In this document: piece by piece, positions 30,813-45,228 of the stretch | How positions within the stretch are numbered: position 1 is the first letter of the stretch | Layout: every line of letters begins with the position of its first letter | NCBI GenBank assembly: GCA_964016885.1 | Contig: OZ024740.1 | Location: 200,942,001-201,006,000, forward strand | Reading direction: 5' to 3' | Source: Eledone cirrhosa | Lineage: Eukaryota | Length of the DNA stretch: 64,000 nucleotides | Translations under genes and position numbers: made by a program | Notes under the pieces: model-generated | What the model was told of the DNA's origin: nothing | Seen by the model: the letters and a program-made list of their open reading frames with translations, nothing else | Databases searched by the model: none

Positions 30813-31205
30813 TTTGTGTTACCACTGTCGTGTTACTACGTAGATCATAGATATTTCGGCGCTCAATACAGGACATCAAAAGCGATCAGCGTCGCTCCCA
30901 AGGCCTTTTATCGATCAAGAGGCCAGGAGGGAAAGAAAAGAAAAAAAAGAAAAAGTAGTGAGGAGAGAGGATGAAAGAGAAAAAAACGAGGCAACAGATA
31001 ATATATTATATATATAATGCAGATGCAGATGCGAGTTATAAGTCGGCATAGCCACATACCGCTCAATTTCTCTTAAGTTTTGAAAATCATGAAGCTTGTG
31101 AAACCGATAACGTTATAAATTGTCGTAAGTAAACCTTCTTAGACTCCAATTGCATTTTCAACTCCTTTTTATTCGTGTGGGATATATTAAGAAACCTTAC
31201 TTTCG

Positions 31206-31263
<58 letters not shown>

Positions 31264-32054
31264 ATTATCCTAGATGCAGTAATGGTTAATTACTACACTG
31301 GATATGGTTGACATACGGTGAGAGGTTACTCAACGAGTTATGGAAGAATTGTTGAAGAAACTTAGTTCCTGATCCTTCTGTATTCCGGAGTGTAGATAAA
31401 GAATGAATAATAACAGGTAGACATCATAAAAAGCTAATTTATTCCGTGTGCTTACAAATGTTTCCACGGTGGTAATACAGCCTAGTTATGCTATGTGCAA
31501 ATTTACAACTATTTGCAGAACTCAAATATCAAATGCTGTGACCACTGTATCATCAGAGCAGAATGGTTAAAATGTACAATGTAAATACCCTTAAGTGAGG
31601 TTATTGGAGAAGATAGAGTAGAAAAGGAAGAGAGAAAAGTAGGGGAGAGGAGAGAGAGAGAGAAAGATATACAGGTGTTGGAGAAATAGGAGAGAGTGGT
31701 TTGTAGATATCTTAATCAAAATGTTATAGTAGGGGTTTTATTATACTGGTTACTCTTAGAGAGATGCGTTGATAGTCAAGGTTGGAATTATTTATTGCCC
31801 CAGAGGGCAGGTTCATAGATGTGGAGAGGGAGGTAGGTAGGCCAAAGGCGAGAGAGAGAGTGGAATGGATATAGAGGGAGAGATAGAGAGGGGACAGACG
31901 AAAGCTATGGGGTGGGTGAACTTTGGGTTCGTGGTAGTAATCTGCGAATTGCACTGAGTTACCATTTATAGTGATAAGCAGGGTATTGTCTTGTAGTGTG
32001 GGGGAAGAGAAGGTGGTTAGCTATAAAGCGATGTTATAGCTACGGGTTCGAATG

Positions 32055-33845
32055 TTAAGTTATTTTATAGTGAGAGAATTTAGCTTTTAGTTTGTGGTTG
32101 CAGTATAATGATCGTTCGATTCTATCGTTAAGTAGTTTATTTTTGGATTTTAATATGTAAAAGAGTTCAAGGTTACATAACCTACAGTACTTCAATCCAC
32201 TCCGATGGGCACTTGCGCTGGAAAGTATATCCCATTTTAAGGTGAACTGTTGGTTGCGTTCACGGAGTTGCCAGGTCTTGTTGGCGAGCGTGGTCACAAA
32301 ACGGTGATCAGGATGTTTGATTGAGAATCGTTGACGGTACCAGCGAGATTTAAACGAGGTGGTGGGAGACCCGATGTAATACCATTTTTGGTCGTTCGAT
32401 TCAACCGTGCATTGGTAAACAATGTTGGACTTTAGGCATTCATTCTTCAATGGACATTTTTCAGGTAGATGGCAGTTACAGTTTTTGTTGTGGGTAGCAG
32501 GTATACCATGGATAGGTTGTGATAGCAGTACAGGTGGGTTGTGTAATACCCGTCTCCCATTTAGTGGTTGGGAGGCAGATATTACGTTCTGCCCATCTGT
32601 TACCAAAATATTTTGTTTTGTAGTGTTGTTTAATTGCTTTAAGTTAAGTTTTTTTATGTATGCTTCAAGGTTTGGTGCCGTGGAGTATGATAGTCTAATA
32701 GTTTTAGAGTTCAGAATTTTAATGTATTTATGGGAACTAGGGAAATGCTTGTTGATTAACCTAAAGAATGAAAGAGATAGTTTTGTACTAATCGAGGCAT
32801 TAAAAATAGGATTATACCAGATATACCTTCTACAACGTGATTTATTTGGTGGTGATTTTCTATTATTAGTATGTCTGGTGGTACTGTGTGTGTGCGCTTG
32901 TATTTTAGTCCCCCGGTTACGTATTCCTTGATTTCGTGTAGAGCTATGTGTGTTATGGAGATTCTTATCAATGTATTCTATTGTATCCCGGTGGTCGGCA
33001 TTCCTTAATGCATTATTATAGTATTCAGCATGTTCACTAAAAATTTCCGAGTCAGACGATAGGCGAGAGATTCTAAGAGAAATACTACGGGGAACCGATT
33101 TGATCATGAAAAGTGGGTGGTTTGAGTTAAAGTTGATATACGTAAGGTTCTCATTTATCTTGTGGAAGGGTCGTATCAGTCCGGTATTTAAATTAAGAGT
33201 TACGTCTAGAAAATTTACTACTTTAAGATTGTATTTGTATGTTATTTTTAGACCCAGTTCACTAAAAGATTTTTTAATATTTTTCCGTAGCCTTTCAAGA
33301 TTTTGGTTATTTAAGTTATTAACTAATAAGAGCCCGTCATCTCTGTATATCCCCCCTTGTAGATTACTAAATTTACTATGTAGTATGTGGGCTATGTAAA
33401 TTCCCACAAGATCCGTGACCTCCGCTGAGTCGTTGGAACCCATGGTAATGTCGAAGTTTGTGGGTCTGTCCTTACGTTCCCAGTAGCAGTTATCAAACTT
33501 AATAATAGTTTTTCTAGCCTCGAGAATAATATTAATTTCGTCCTCCGTTAGGTCGGAATTGACTTTAGCAAACGATAGGGCCTTACGTAAAGTGCTTGGT
33601 GAGATTGAAGAGTAGTATTCGTCTATGTCAAATTGTATAAACTTAGATTTATTCTTATTCTTAACGTTATTAAACCAGCGAATTGCTTCGCTAGTGTTGC
33701 CCCATAATTTAATTTCAATTTTCTTTTTCACTTGAGTTATTACTCTGTCAAGTATATGTTTGCTAATTTTTGCTATGTCTGATTTAGAAGGGCATATAAG
33801 TCCAATCTTAGGGTTAGAGTCAAAATTTACCTTATGGTCCTTCAG
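32055..33845 (-). CDS. PLE reverse transcriptase-GIY-YIG polyprotein, 5'-truncated but uninterrupted (probably Hydra-type clade)
   Basis: 558-aa ORF open further upstream to LKDHK; FDIDEYYSSI, ITMGSNDS, IYRDDG, VNFLDVTL, CxCx5Cx5C linker, IVYQC..YYIG, CRLC. Confidence 0.9.
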   Translation of the reverse strand: MKDHKVNFDSNPKIGLICPSKSDIAKISKHILDRVITQVKKKIEIKLWGNTSEAIRWFNNVKNKNKSKFIQFDIDEYYSSISPSTLRKALSFAKVNSDLTEDEINIILEARKTIIKFDNCYWERKDRPTNFDITMGSNDSAEVTDLVGIYIAHILHSKFSNLQGGIYRDDGLLLVNNLNNQNLERLRKNIKKSFSELGLKITYKYNLKVVNFLDVTLNLNTGLIRPFHKINENLTYINFNSNHPLFMIKSVPRSISLRISRLSSDSEIFSEHAEYYNNALRNADHRDTIEYIDKNLHNTHSSTRNQGIRNRGTKIQAHTHSTTRHTNNRKSPPNKSRCRRYIWYNPIFNASISTKLSLSFFRLINKHFPSSHKYIKILNSKTIRLSYSTAPNLEAYIKKLNLKQLNNTTKQNILVTDGQNVISASQPLNGRRVLHNPPVLLSQPIHGIPATHNKNCNCHLPEKCPLKNECLKSNIVYQCTVESNDQKWYYIGSPTTSFKSRWYRQRFSIKHPDHRFVTTLANKTWQLRERNQQFTLKWDILSSASAHRSGLKYCRLCNLELFYILKSKNKLLNDRIERSLYCNHKLKAKFSHYKIT

Positions 33846-35623
33846 GTTGCAGGACGGGCTCTTATTAGTTAATAACTTAAATAACCAAAATTTTGAAAGG
33901 CTACGGAAAATATTAGAAAATCTTTTAATGAACTGGGTCTAAAAATAACATACGAATACAATCTTAAAGTAGTAAATTTTCTAGACGTAACTCTTAATTT
34001 AAATACCGGACCGATACCACCCTTCCACAAGATAAATGAGAACCTTACGTATATCAACTTTAACTCAAACCACCCACTTTCCATGATCAAATCGGTTCCC
34101 CGTAGTATTTCTCTTAGAATCTCTCGCCTATCGTCTGACTCTGAATTTTTTAGTGAACACGCTGAATACTATAATAATGCATTAAGGAATGCCGACCACC
34201 GGGATAAATAGAATACATTGATAAGAATCTCCATAACACACATAGCTCTACACGAAATCAAGGAATACGTAACCGGGGGACTAAAATACAAGCGCACACA
34301 AACATTACCACCAGACATACTAATAATAGAAAATCACCACCAAATAAATCACGTTGTAGAAGGTATATCTGGTATAATCCTATTTTTAATGCCTCGATTA
34401 GTACAAAACTATCTCTTTCATTCTTTAAGTTAATCAACAATCATTTCCCTAGTTCCCATAAATACAGTAACATTCTGAACTCTAAAACTATTAGACTATC
34501 ATACTCCACGGCACCAAACCTTGAAGCATACATAAAAAAAACTTAACTTAAAGCAATTAAACAACACTACAAAACAAAATATTTTGGTAACAGATGGGCA
34601 GAACGTAATATCTGCCTCCCAACCACTAAATGGGAGACGGGTATTACACAACCCACCTGTACTGCTATCACAACCTATCCATGGTATACCTGCTACCCAC
34701 AACAAAAACTGTAACTGCCATCTACCTGAAAAATGTCCATTGAAGAATGAATGCCTAAAGTCCAACATTGTTTACCAATGCACGGTTGAATCGAACGACC
34801 AGAAATGGTATTACATCGGGTCTACCACCACCTCGTTTAAATCTCGCTGGTACCGTCATCTATTCTCAATCAAACATCCTGATCACCGTTTTGTGACCAT
34901 GCTCGCCAACAAAACCTGGCAACTCCGTGAACGCAACCAACAGTTCACCTTAAAATGGGATATACTTTCCAGCGCAAGTGCCTATCGGAGTGGATTGAAG
35001 TACTGTAGGTTATGTAACCTTGAACTCTTTTACATATTAAAATCCAAAAATAAACTACTTAACGATAGAATCGAACGATCATTATACTGCAACCACAAAC
35101 AAAAGTTAAATTCTCTCACTATAACATAACTTAACATTCGAACCCGTAGCTATAACATCGCTTTCTAGCTAACCACCTTCTCTTCCCCCACACTACAAGA
35201 CAATACCCTGCTTATCATTATAAATGGTAACTCAGTGCAATTCGCAGATTACTACCACGAACCCAAAGTTCACCCACTCCATAGCTTTCGTCAGTCCCTC
35301 TCTATCTCTCCCTCTATATCCATTCCACTATCTCTCTCTCGCCTTTGGCCTACCTCCCTCTCCACATCTATGAACCTGCCCTCTGGGGCAATAAATAATT
35401 CCAACCTTGACTATCAACGCATCTCTCTAAGAGTAACCAGTATAATAAAACCCCTACTATAACATTTTGATTACGATATCTACAAACCACTCTCTCCTAT
35501 TTCTCCAACCCCTGTATATCTTTCTCTCTCTCTCCTCTCCCCTACTTTTCTCTCTTCCTTTTCTACTCTATCTTCTCCAATAACCTCACTTAAGGGTATT
35601 TACATTGTACATTTTAACCATTC

Positions 35624-35735
35624 TGCTCTGATGATACAGTGGTCACAGCATTTGATATTTGAGTTCTGCAAATAGTTGTAAATTTGCACATAGCATAACT
35701 AGGCTGTATTACCACCGTGGAAACATTTGTAAGCA
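35624..35735 (+). ncRNA. hammerhead with ~85-nt stem II insert (mirror at 31449-31560)
   Basis: tgct CTGATGA tacag...ctgta ttaccaccgtg GAAA catttg TA agca. Confidence 0.7.
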
Positions 35736-35783
35736 CACGGAATAAATTACCTTTTTATGATGTCTACCTGTTATTATTCACTC

Positions 35784-35832
<49 letters not shown>

Positions 35833-35833
35833 A

Positions 35834-35890
<57 letters not shown>

Positions 35891-36689
35891 CTGTGTGCGT
35901 ATGTGTGTGTGCGTGGGTGTTTGTGTGTGTAGAAGTAAATTTAAATTGATATACAAAATATCGACTCGCTGAACTATCCTATTAATTAAGTTTGAGTCAA
36001 GAAATGAATCTCACGTGTGTTGTTATGTTGACGGTGACAATAAATGTGACAGACGTTGACAGTGGTAGGCAGCAAGGAATGCTAAAAATAGCTCACTCGC
36101 AAGCTGGTATGCAACTTGATCGACATATTGAGAACTCGGGAGCAGAAATATACAATTTGATTTAAGTCGATATACAATATATTGACACTGTCAATTTAGT
36201 GTGAAAATCTCAAAAGCAGAGTGTGATAATATTATGGACACAACATAAATATCACAGAATTTGATAGTTTGGGCGGTTATTATTTTTTATTATGTTTGTT
36301 TGCAATATATAATAATTTGATGCAAGCATTGAATGTTCTAAATAAAAGATCGAATTAATTTTTACAGCGGCCATCAGGCAGTAGGCATGACAGCAGATGA
36401 TATCCTATTGTGTTAGCATAGATCACGCATTTTTGTTGCTTGCAGATTCAGATACCAAGATCGAGATAAACACAGTGGCAACAAATAGCGATAAATATAC
36501 ACTAGTATATTGTGACATAATTGTTAATGTCCTGTACCGGAACATTCCAGTCGACAAGCGCTCAGTCTCGGTCTTTTCCTGAACCAGGAATTCAGCTCAG
36601 TCAAAGAGACGAGCAGCGGAAAGGCCTGTCTCATAAATGACTACATACCTGTTCACATTTTTAAAATATCTTAATATTCCGTAGCCTCA

Positions 36690-39150
36690 GTGCATGCTTG
36701 CGTCATGCTAAGCCCTACGCGTAGAGGGTGCTGGCAGCAGATGGACCAACTCGCTAATGGAACGTGTCCATTCCACAAAAGCCGGATGAGCAGTTGTTCC
36801 AATTTGTTAAGGTGCGAACGGGAGTAGATGACGGACGCGATTTACGCGTTCACCACCTCCACCCGATATTGCAGGGATAGTTTCCTCTCGGTTCATTTCT
36901 GGTTGAGATTGGCCACTCTACTCGTGACTGTGTCAGTTCTTATCCACCTGGAGGTCCAGGCTGGAGGAACCCGATACCGAGCAACTTCACCGACCCGTCC
37001 GTCCAGTGTCTGTCAACTCTATTTAACGGCATGGGTTTGCTTCTCCATTTACCCAGCTGCAAACCAACCAACTTTTCTGTGTTGAGTTTTGCTCTCATCA
37101 ACCTTTCAGAGGTGCAGACAAACTCGACTTCCGAGGTGTTCGACACGATCGTGGTAATGTCGTCCGCATACGCCGACACATCTCTGAACGTCCCGATTCG
37201 AGCAGGATACACTGCAACAGCTCCAACTTCCACAGTAATGGCACGAGAGGAAACATGTACAGAAGGGGGAGAGAGGGGTTCTTTGGCCGACCGATCACGA
37301 GATCTGAAACGGCTCCAAGTGGTGGCCATTTACTTTGACCACCGACCAGATGCCGTTCATTGCAGCGATCCAGCCTCTGAAACTAGGACTAAAGCCAGCT
37401 GGTTGGATGACAGCCTCCAGGTATCAATGGTCACCCTATCGAAAGCTTTCGATTGATCTAAATTAATCAGAGTCCAACTGAAGCTAGGTTTACACGATAC
37501 CTTCTCTATTATGTATCGCATGAGGTGAGCTTTGTTCTGTGTGGACCTGGTCCTGATTGCGCAAGTTTGCGCCAACCTTTTCGTTAAGACATTGGCCAAT
37601 ATATTAAACACTGTGTTTAACAGGGCTATGGGCCTAAAGGTATCTGCAGTATCCCTCTTGTTCTCGTCTTTTCTTATCAGTATTACTACGCTCCGGTATA
37701 TAGAACTGGCAATACACCTGTTCTGCTGCCAGCTGCAGTAGAGCGCTTCGAGGAGATCGGAGAACACGTCCGGCATATCTACATAAAATTAATAGAGCAG
37801 ACCATCCAAGCCAGGTGACTTGTGACTCGTGCAAACGACCAGGGTATCTTGAATCTCACTGACATTATCGACATTTTGAAGCACTCATCATCGTCTGGGG
37901 AGAGTCGCGTGAGACCGTCGAGGTAAGAAATGACCTCCGCCACCATCTACGATCCCTCACCCTCATAACAATCGATCAAAGTGCTGGTGAAAAGCTAGAC
38001 ACATATGCATGGAATCTTTCAGCGTGAGTTTATTACGGTTCATCAAACACCGAATCGTGGTTTTGTTACCACGCTGCGTCGCCACCACGTGGACCCATCG
38101 AATAGCTTTCGTTCCCTCGTTTCTTAGAGCAAGCGCCTTAGCTCTGACAACGCATCCTTCATGTTTCGCATTGAAAAAATGGTCTAATGCCATTCTTGCC
38201 GCTAGTACATCAGTCGCAATGACAGTACAAATAACCTTGTCTAATTTACCTACAAACTCCCCTCCCTTTCTATTTTGTCTAACGCTACTTCTTTACTAAA
38301 TCCTATTGACAACACCCTAATATCTCTCTTGAGAACCTCCACCACCTGTTGCTGACGAACCTCCACCCCCACCCCTGTAAACTTACACTTAACTAAAGTG
38401 AAGACTCGGTCCCTGTAAGCTTTACATGCTGGGAACGAACGACAAGTTCAGCTTCCAGTAACCATGTCCTAACTTGTATGTCCTATCTAGGTCAACCATA
38501 CAGGTCACAAATTTGTGATCTGAATATGTTACCGTTTGAAAATGTGGACAGCCTTTACTATCATTATCCACTGACCTAATAAAAAAACCTATCTCTATAC
38601 AATCTAGATGACCCTATGTGGTTGATCCAGGTCCACATAGTCACCACCTTCGATGTTGCTCACGTGCAGCATCACCAACTTACCGTCCGGGTCCAGGAAG
38701 ATTGACCTTATCTTGAAATCTGAACCACCATATCTGGTGGGGTTCGCTTTGGGAACTCCTTTAAAAGCCAAAGCCCACTCATGGTTTTTAAACTAGAGGT
38801 TCCCACGTCGTTGGGGTAGTTCTACCTATTGTCTTTACTTCATGCTATGGGGGCCATCAATAGTTTGTTGCCCCAAATCACTAGCACGAGGTTTGCTGTC
38901 TGTATGACTGGTTGTTATGTGTGGTTTCGTTTGTGGGTAGTTTTGGTAATACTGCTGGTCGTAGCGGTGGTTGTGTTGGCGGTTGTGGTGTTATTGGGGT
39001 TATCGTAGCTGTGTCTGTATTTGTTGTATGGGAGGGTGTCTGTGTTTTCTTGTGTGTGTGTTGGTGGGAGGCACGATGTTTTTATTTTATGTTTCCTATT
39101 TATTTTGCTTTTTTCTAGTTTAAGAGGTTCCCCTCATCCGAGCTGAGCGA
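36690..39150 (-). mobile_element. decayed Tx1 LINE (ORF1 end, APE and RT remnants)
   Basis: NLDQSKAFDRV, VSAYADD, AKHEGCVVRAK, GYWKLN homologous to the 15726-19153 ORF2; many stops and deletions. Confidence 0.88.
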
Positions 39151-39154
39151 TTCT

Positions 39155-41630
39155 AAGCAGATGTGTGTGCCCTTTCGCCAGCACTTTGCTCGGTTGTTCG
39201 GGTGATCAGACACGGTGGCGGACTTCCGTACCTACCTCGATGGCTTGCCGCAACTCTCGACGGCCGACACTGAGCGCTGCGAAAGGCCGATAACTTCAGC
39301 CGAAATTCAGGAAGCCCTTGTCGGCTGCATGAGGTGCAAGTCACCCGGTTTGGATGGTCTGTCCTACGAGCTTTACGTAAATATACCAGACTTGGTCTCC
39401 GATCTCCTCGAAGAGCTCTACTGAAACTGGCAGCAGAATAGGAGTATTCCCAGTTTTGTGAGCCGGGGCGCAGTGACGCTGATAAGGAAAGACAAGAACA
39501 AGAGGGATACATTAGATAATTTCAGATCCATAACTCTGCTCAACACAGAGTTTAAGATTTTGGCCAAGAGATTGACGCTTGTCATCGAGGATTTAGTTGG
39601 GAAGCCGCAAACATGCACAATCGCGACCAGGTCCATACATGACAACCTCCACCTCATGCGATACATCATAGAGAGGGTAGGGTGTAAACCTGGCTTCGGT
39701 AGGGCTCTGATCAATTTAGATCAATCGAAAGCATTCAATAGGGTCGACCATCGGTACCTGGAGGCTGTCCTCAAGGCAGCTGGCTTCGGCCCCATCTTCA
39801 GAAGCTGGATCGCTGCAATGCACAGCGGTATCTACTCAGTGGTTAAAGTTAATGGCCACCTCTCGGCACCGTTTCAGATCTCCCGATCGGTCCGTCAAGG
39901 GGGCCCCCCTCTCCTCCCTTCTGTATGTATTGACTCTCGAGCCTTTACTGCGGAAGCTGGAACTTTTGCAGGGCATCCCGCTCCAACCAGGACGCGGAAA
40001 GGCTGTGTCGGCTTATGCGGGCGACATCACCGTGATGGCGTCGGACACCTCAGAAATCGAGGTGGTCGGCAACTTATTGGAGGAATATAAAAGGTTGACG
40101 GGGGCAACATTTAATCGGGAAAAGTCGGTGGGCTTGCAACTCGGCACCTGGAGTGACAAGTCCATGCCGTCCAACAGCGTCGTTAGGCGCTGGATGGACG
40201 GACCGGTAAAGTTGTTCGGGGTTTGGTTCAGGCCAGATCTCCAGGTGGATAAGAATTGGGAGAGGTGCCGGGTAGAGTAGCCAGTCTCACCCAGAAATGG
40301 GTTGCGAGGAAGCTATCACTGAAAGGTCGGGCGGAAGTGGTGAACGCGTACATCGCGTCCGTCATCTACTACCGCCTGACCGTTGTCCCTTGCCCCCATT
40401 TACGCATCGCCAACTTGAAACGGCTCCTCTTCAAATTCTTGTGGATGGGTCAGGTTCCGTTGGTGAGGCTGTCCATCTGCTGCCAGCACCCTCTACGTGG
40501 AGGGCTGGGCATGCCGTGGCTAATGATGTGCAGACACGCGCTGAGGCTGCGGGATCTCCAGATATTCTGCCTAAACGGTGAACAGGTGTGATAGCCGTTT
40601 GTCAGACTGGCATTTCCGCAGCTGGTCTCTTTGACTGAGCTGCATTCCTGGGTCAAGAAAAGACCGAGACTGGGTGACTGGCACCTGGAATTTTACCAGG
40701 CACTCAATGCCCTCTACCAGATGGGCAATGCGGTCAGTTGAACTTCCACTCTCGAGTTCTATAGCATCTTAGTGGTGGCAAGTACGACAACGCACTCGGA
40801 GAGGCTCTAGCCGGCGACGAAGTCGAACTAACTAGTTGTTCCGGAGGCCTTCGAGCCGGGGACGATGGACAATTTCCAGAAATCCCTCGCTTGGCAGTGC
40901 TACCGGGGGGCACTGGCGGTTCGAGATAAACTCTACAGGCACGGAAGTGCTGTCAGACGGACCCGCCCGATATGCGCGCGGAGCGACGAAACCGTTCTGC
41001 ACGCACTCGTCCAGTGTCCCTGCATTACTGATTTGTGGAGTTATTTCGAACAGCTGTTGTCACGTGTAGAACGGATCAGGCAATCGGCCGAGTCCATAGG
41101 AAAGATCGACCTGCCGCCTTCTTTTGGCCAGGAAGGGCAAGCAATTTTCCTGTCTGGTGGCAGTAGCGAAAGAGGTTGTATGGTGGACGAGGTTGAAAGG
41201 ACTAAAGACAGACACTTTTCTCTTCGGCCAATCCCTCATCAACTTTTTCAAGTTTCACTTAGAAAGGAAGATGAGGGTGGAGAGAGAAGTGCTGCCCCCC
41301 AGTACATTTGCTGAAAGGTGGGTGAATGTGACGAGAATGGCCCGTGTGAGTGGGCCTACTCTGATCATGCGCCTGTAGATGGGTAAATTTGAGGAGGAGA
41401 GGGGTACTTTTCCCGGGTGCTCTCGAAGCGTCGGGTTGTTCAGGATTGGTGGTGTACCTGAGTGAACCCTGGGTGGTCATCCCCCCTATTGGAGAATTTT
41501 TCTTGTTGTATTTTTCTTGTTCTTTGTTATTGTTATTTATATTGTTTACACGTTGTTTATGTAAACCCCCACTGTCCCAGTCTTTTGTATTCTCCCCTAT
41601 ATATCGGCCCTTGTGGCCAATAAATGAAAT
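39155..41630 (+). mobile_element. 5'-truncated Tx1 LINE (RT to 3' end)
   Basis: SPGLDGLSYELY, DQSKAFNRV, AYAGD, CPICARSDETVLHALVQC-type zinc finger, AATAAA at ~41619. Confidence 0.92.
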
Positions 41631-41634
41631 CATT

Positions 41635-41681
41635 GTTACTACTACTATTGCTACTCCTTCTACTACTACTACCACTACTAT

Positions 41682-41727
<46 letters not shown>

Positions 41728-41930
41728 GATGCCACTATTACTACTATTTTTCTACTGCTGCTGTTACTACTACTACTACTACTACTGTTGTTGTTACTGC
41801 TGCTGCTGCTGCTACTACTACTACTGATGCTGATGCTACTACTACTACTATTGATGTTGCTGCTGCTGTTACTACTATTACTACTACTACAACTATTCTT
41901 ATTACTGCTTCTGATACTGCTATTACTGAT
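41635..41930. repeat. (ACT)n/(GCT)n trinucleotide tract
   Basis: Directly visible. Confidence 0.92.
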
Positions 41931-42450
41931 ATGATGGCCAGAATATTAAGTCTGTAGCTCTCACGTTATTTCATTAAGTGTTACAAAGGTAACTTTAAAT
42001 TACTTCGACAATCCAATTTGTATGGAAAACCTAAATGATCACAAATTCTCATCATCTTCAATTCAATTTGTATGAAAGAACGAAACGATCATAATTTCTC
42101 ATCATTCTTCAATGAATTTTTTTTTACAATTTTCAAAATAAAGTTTCCTTTTTGATTTTGTTTCGTTTCGTTTCGTCTTTTCCCCTCTTCTGGGCAACCC
42201 AAACTATATGGCCACCGCCACCCCATATTGAATCTACTCCGTTACTATCGTCACCACCATTACTACCGGTATCACTGACACCACAAATTCCACAATTATA
42301 TCAGTGCTATCGTAGTTAATATCTGTTAAACACATCACATATCTTCCTTCCTTCGGCCATTGAAGAATCTTTCTTATATTATCCTTCTAACATTATTTTT
42401 CATTTAAAAAATAAAGATTTTAAAAGAAAAAACCCAAATGGAAGTAAGAA

Positions 42451-42522
<72 letters not shown>

Positions 42523-42639
42523 TCAAATTCCAGGATAATTGACTTTGTTTTTCATCATCTCGGTGGGTGAGGGTTGATAAATAAGATATAAAAGGAGAAC
42601 GAAGAGTAGTGTGACTGGGCAACAATAGTGTGTTTGTGC

Positions 42640-43030
42640 GCCTGTTCGTTTTGGACAAGGAAAAAAGATCGTGCCTGATTGTAGATGTAACCTGCCCATT
42701 TGACACGAGAGTGCAAGAAAAGGAGAGGGAGAAAATTAACCGATACCAGGACTTAAAGTGGGAGTTAAAAAGGATTTGGAACTGCCATGAAGTCAGAGTC
42801 GTCCCGATTGTCATAGGCGCACTAGGTACTATCTCAAAGAGTTTCCAAGGATGGTTAAAGAAGATTAGTCCAACCCCGCTTTTTGGAATACTTCAAAAGG
42901 CAAGCTTGCTGGGAACAGCAAGAACCCTCCGATACGTCCTGAATATCTGAGGCTGCAGGTAGCGGCTTGATATTCATTTCAACAAACTTTCCAGTTAAAT
43001 AACATCAATGACTGAGACTCAAAGAACAAT
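42640..43030 (+). mobile_element. 3' end of R4/Dong-clade LINE (restriction-like endonuclease) with (TAA)n tail
   Basis: DKEKRSCLIVDVTCPFD..EKINRYQDL..VVPIVIGALG..LQKASLLGTARTLR; (TAA)n at 42452-42520 and after 43028. Confidence 0.9.
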
Positions 43031-43141
43031 AATAATAATGATAACAATAATAATAATAATATTATAATATTAATATTAATAGTAATATTAATATCATATA
43101 AAAACAACATCATGAAAACAGAAATGATGAGATTATATATG

Positions 43142-43305
<164 letters not shown>

Positions 43306-43374
43306 TATAAAGCGTATATGGGAAATGTCCGAAAAGTAGCAGTGACAAAAAAAACGACAACAGCAGCAGCAGCA

Positions 43375-43375
43375 A

Positions 43376-43457
<82 letters not shown>
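43375..43457. repeat. (GTA)n microsatellite
   Basis: Directly visible. Confidence 0.95.
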
Positions 43458-43573
43458 TCTTGGATGTTTCAGATAAGCCTCGAAAATTGCTTTTTCCGAT
43501 GTATTTCATGGTGTAAATATGATTTTGTATTATTAAATCGGAACCAACATCCCCGGCACACCACAACTCTCAG

Positions 43574-43605
<32 letters not shown>

Positions 43606-44003
43606 GACCATCACAGAAGAAAATGGTAAATGAGAAGAGAAATTAGATAAGAAAAATAGAATAAAATGGATGGAAAAGAAAGATAAAAGAGAAAATAAAT
43701 CCATTAAAATACTAAGCAAAAACCCCAAACCCAAAACGAAGAGAACCAAAGAAAATGTTCAAAGATAAAAGCATTTAGGTGATGTAGATAGGGAATTCAT
43801 TTTATTTTTCTATGATAAAACTAGTCTATAGGCTTGTGGCTATGAACTAATGACGTAGTTATATATCATTTATATATGTTCATATGAATATACAAAATTA
43901 TTGATATATATATATATAAAATATTCACACACACATATATATATATGTATGTATATATATACATGTATGTATATATATATATATATATATATACATATAT
44001 ATG

Positions 44004-44075
<72 letters not shown>

Positions 44076-44092
44076 CATATATTACATATATT

Positions 44093-44123
<31 letters not shown>

Positions 44124-44578
44124 ATTAGTGTGTGGGTGTGTATGCGTGTGTGTATGTGTATATGTTTGTGTAGATGGGAACAGTATGTTTATACACACGT
44201 ATTTTATCTGTTTATCTATATGTGAGTGTATGGTGTATGTATGTATCTATGGTACGTGTGTGTTTATGTGTCTTTAAATACACGTAGTTGTTTCCAGAAA
44301 AACTTTTCCGCAATAAAAGCTTCAAAAAGAATTTTTAACAAAGTTTTCTATGTCTGTATGTGTATGTGTTTGTGTATGTGCGTGTGTATGGATGTGTGTA
44401 TGTGTGTATATATAGATGTGTATGTGTATGGCTGTGTGTGTGTTTGTGTGTGGGGGGATGCGTGCGCGTGCGTGCGTGTGTCTGTGTGTGTGTTTGTGTG
44501 TGTGTGTTTGTGTGTTTGTGTGTGCGTGTGTGTGTATGTTTGTGTGTTTGTATGTGTGTTTGTGTGTTTGTGTGTTTG

Positions 44579-44666
<88 letters not shown>

Positions 44667-44871
44667 CGTGTGTAGATGATCAAACGCAGTAACGTTTGAT
44701 TTAATTTCTATCCAAATTGAAAGATGTGTATGAAACCACCCTAAGATATTAAGAAAATAAGAAAATATTTGGACATATAGAAATACATACATCTCAGACG
44801 TCTGGTCACTTCAAACTATGTGGGATGGTAATCCGACTTATCTTCTGCTCCAATAATATACTGTTTCAAGA

Positions 44872-44921
<50 letters not shown>

Positions 44922-45008
44922 TTCTTTAGGTTTGTTGGTTCACCACTGGATAGAATTGGTCATTCCGTATGGTCAATCTTGGTGTAATATTGTGGAGAGT
45001 AATCAACG

Positions 45009-45076
<68 letters not shown>

Positions 45077-45155
45077 TATGTGTGTGTATGTATGTATATA
45101 TATATATATTTATATATATATATATATGTGTGTGTACATATGTATATATATATGA

Positions 45156-45216
<61 letters not shown>

Positions 45217-45228
45217 TATATGTATGTC

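Larger units (their letters stand above)
31261..35787. mobile_element. 4.5-kb head-to-head palindromic Penelope-like insertion in (TA)n
   Basis: Left arm ~31398-33338 is the reverse complement of ~33853-35787; extra RT sequence 33339-33845 in the spacer; tail 31261-31397. Confidence 0.95.
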
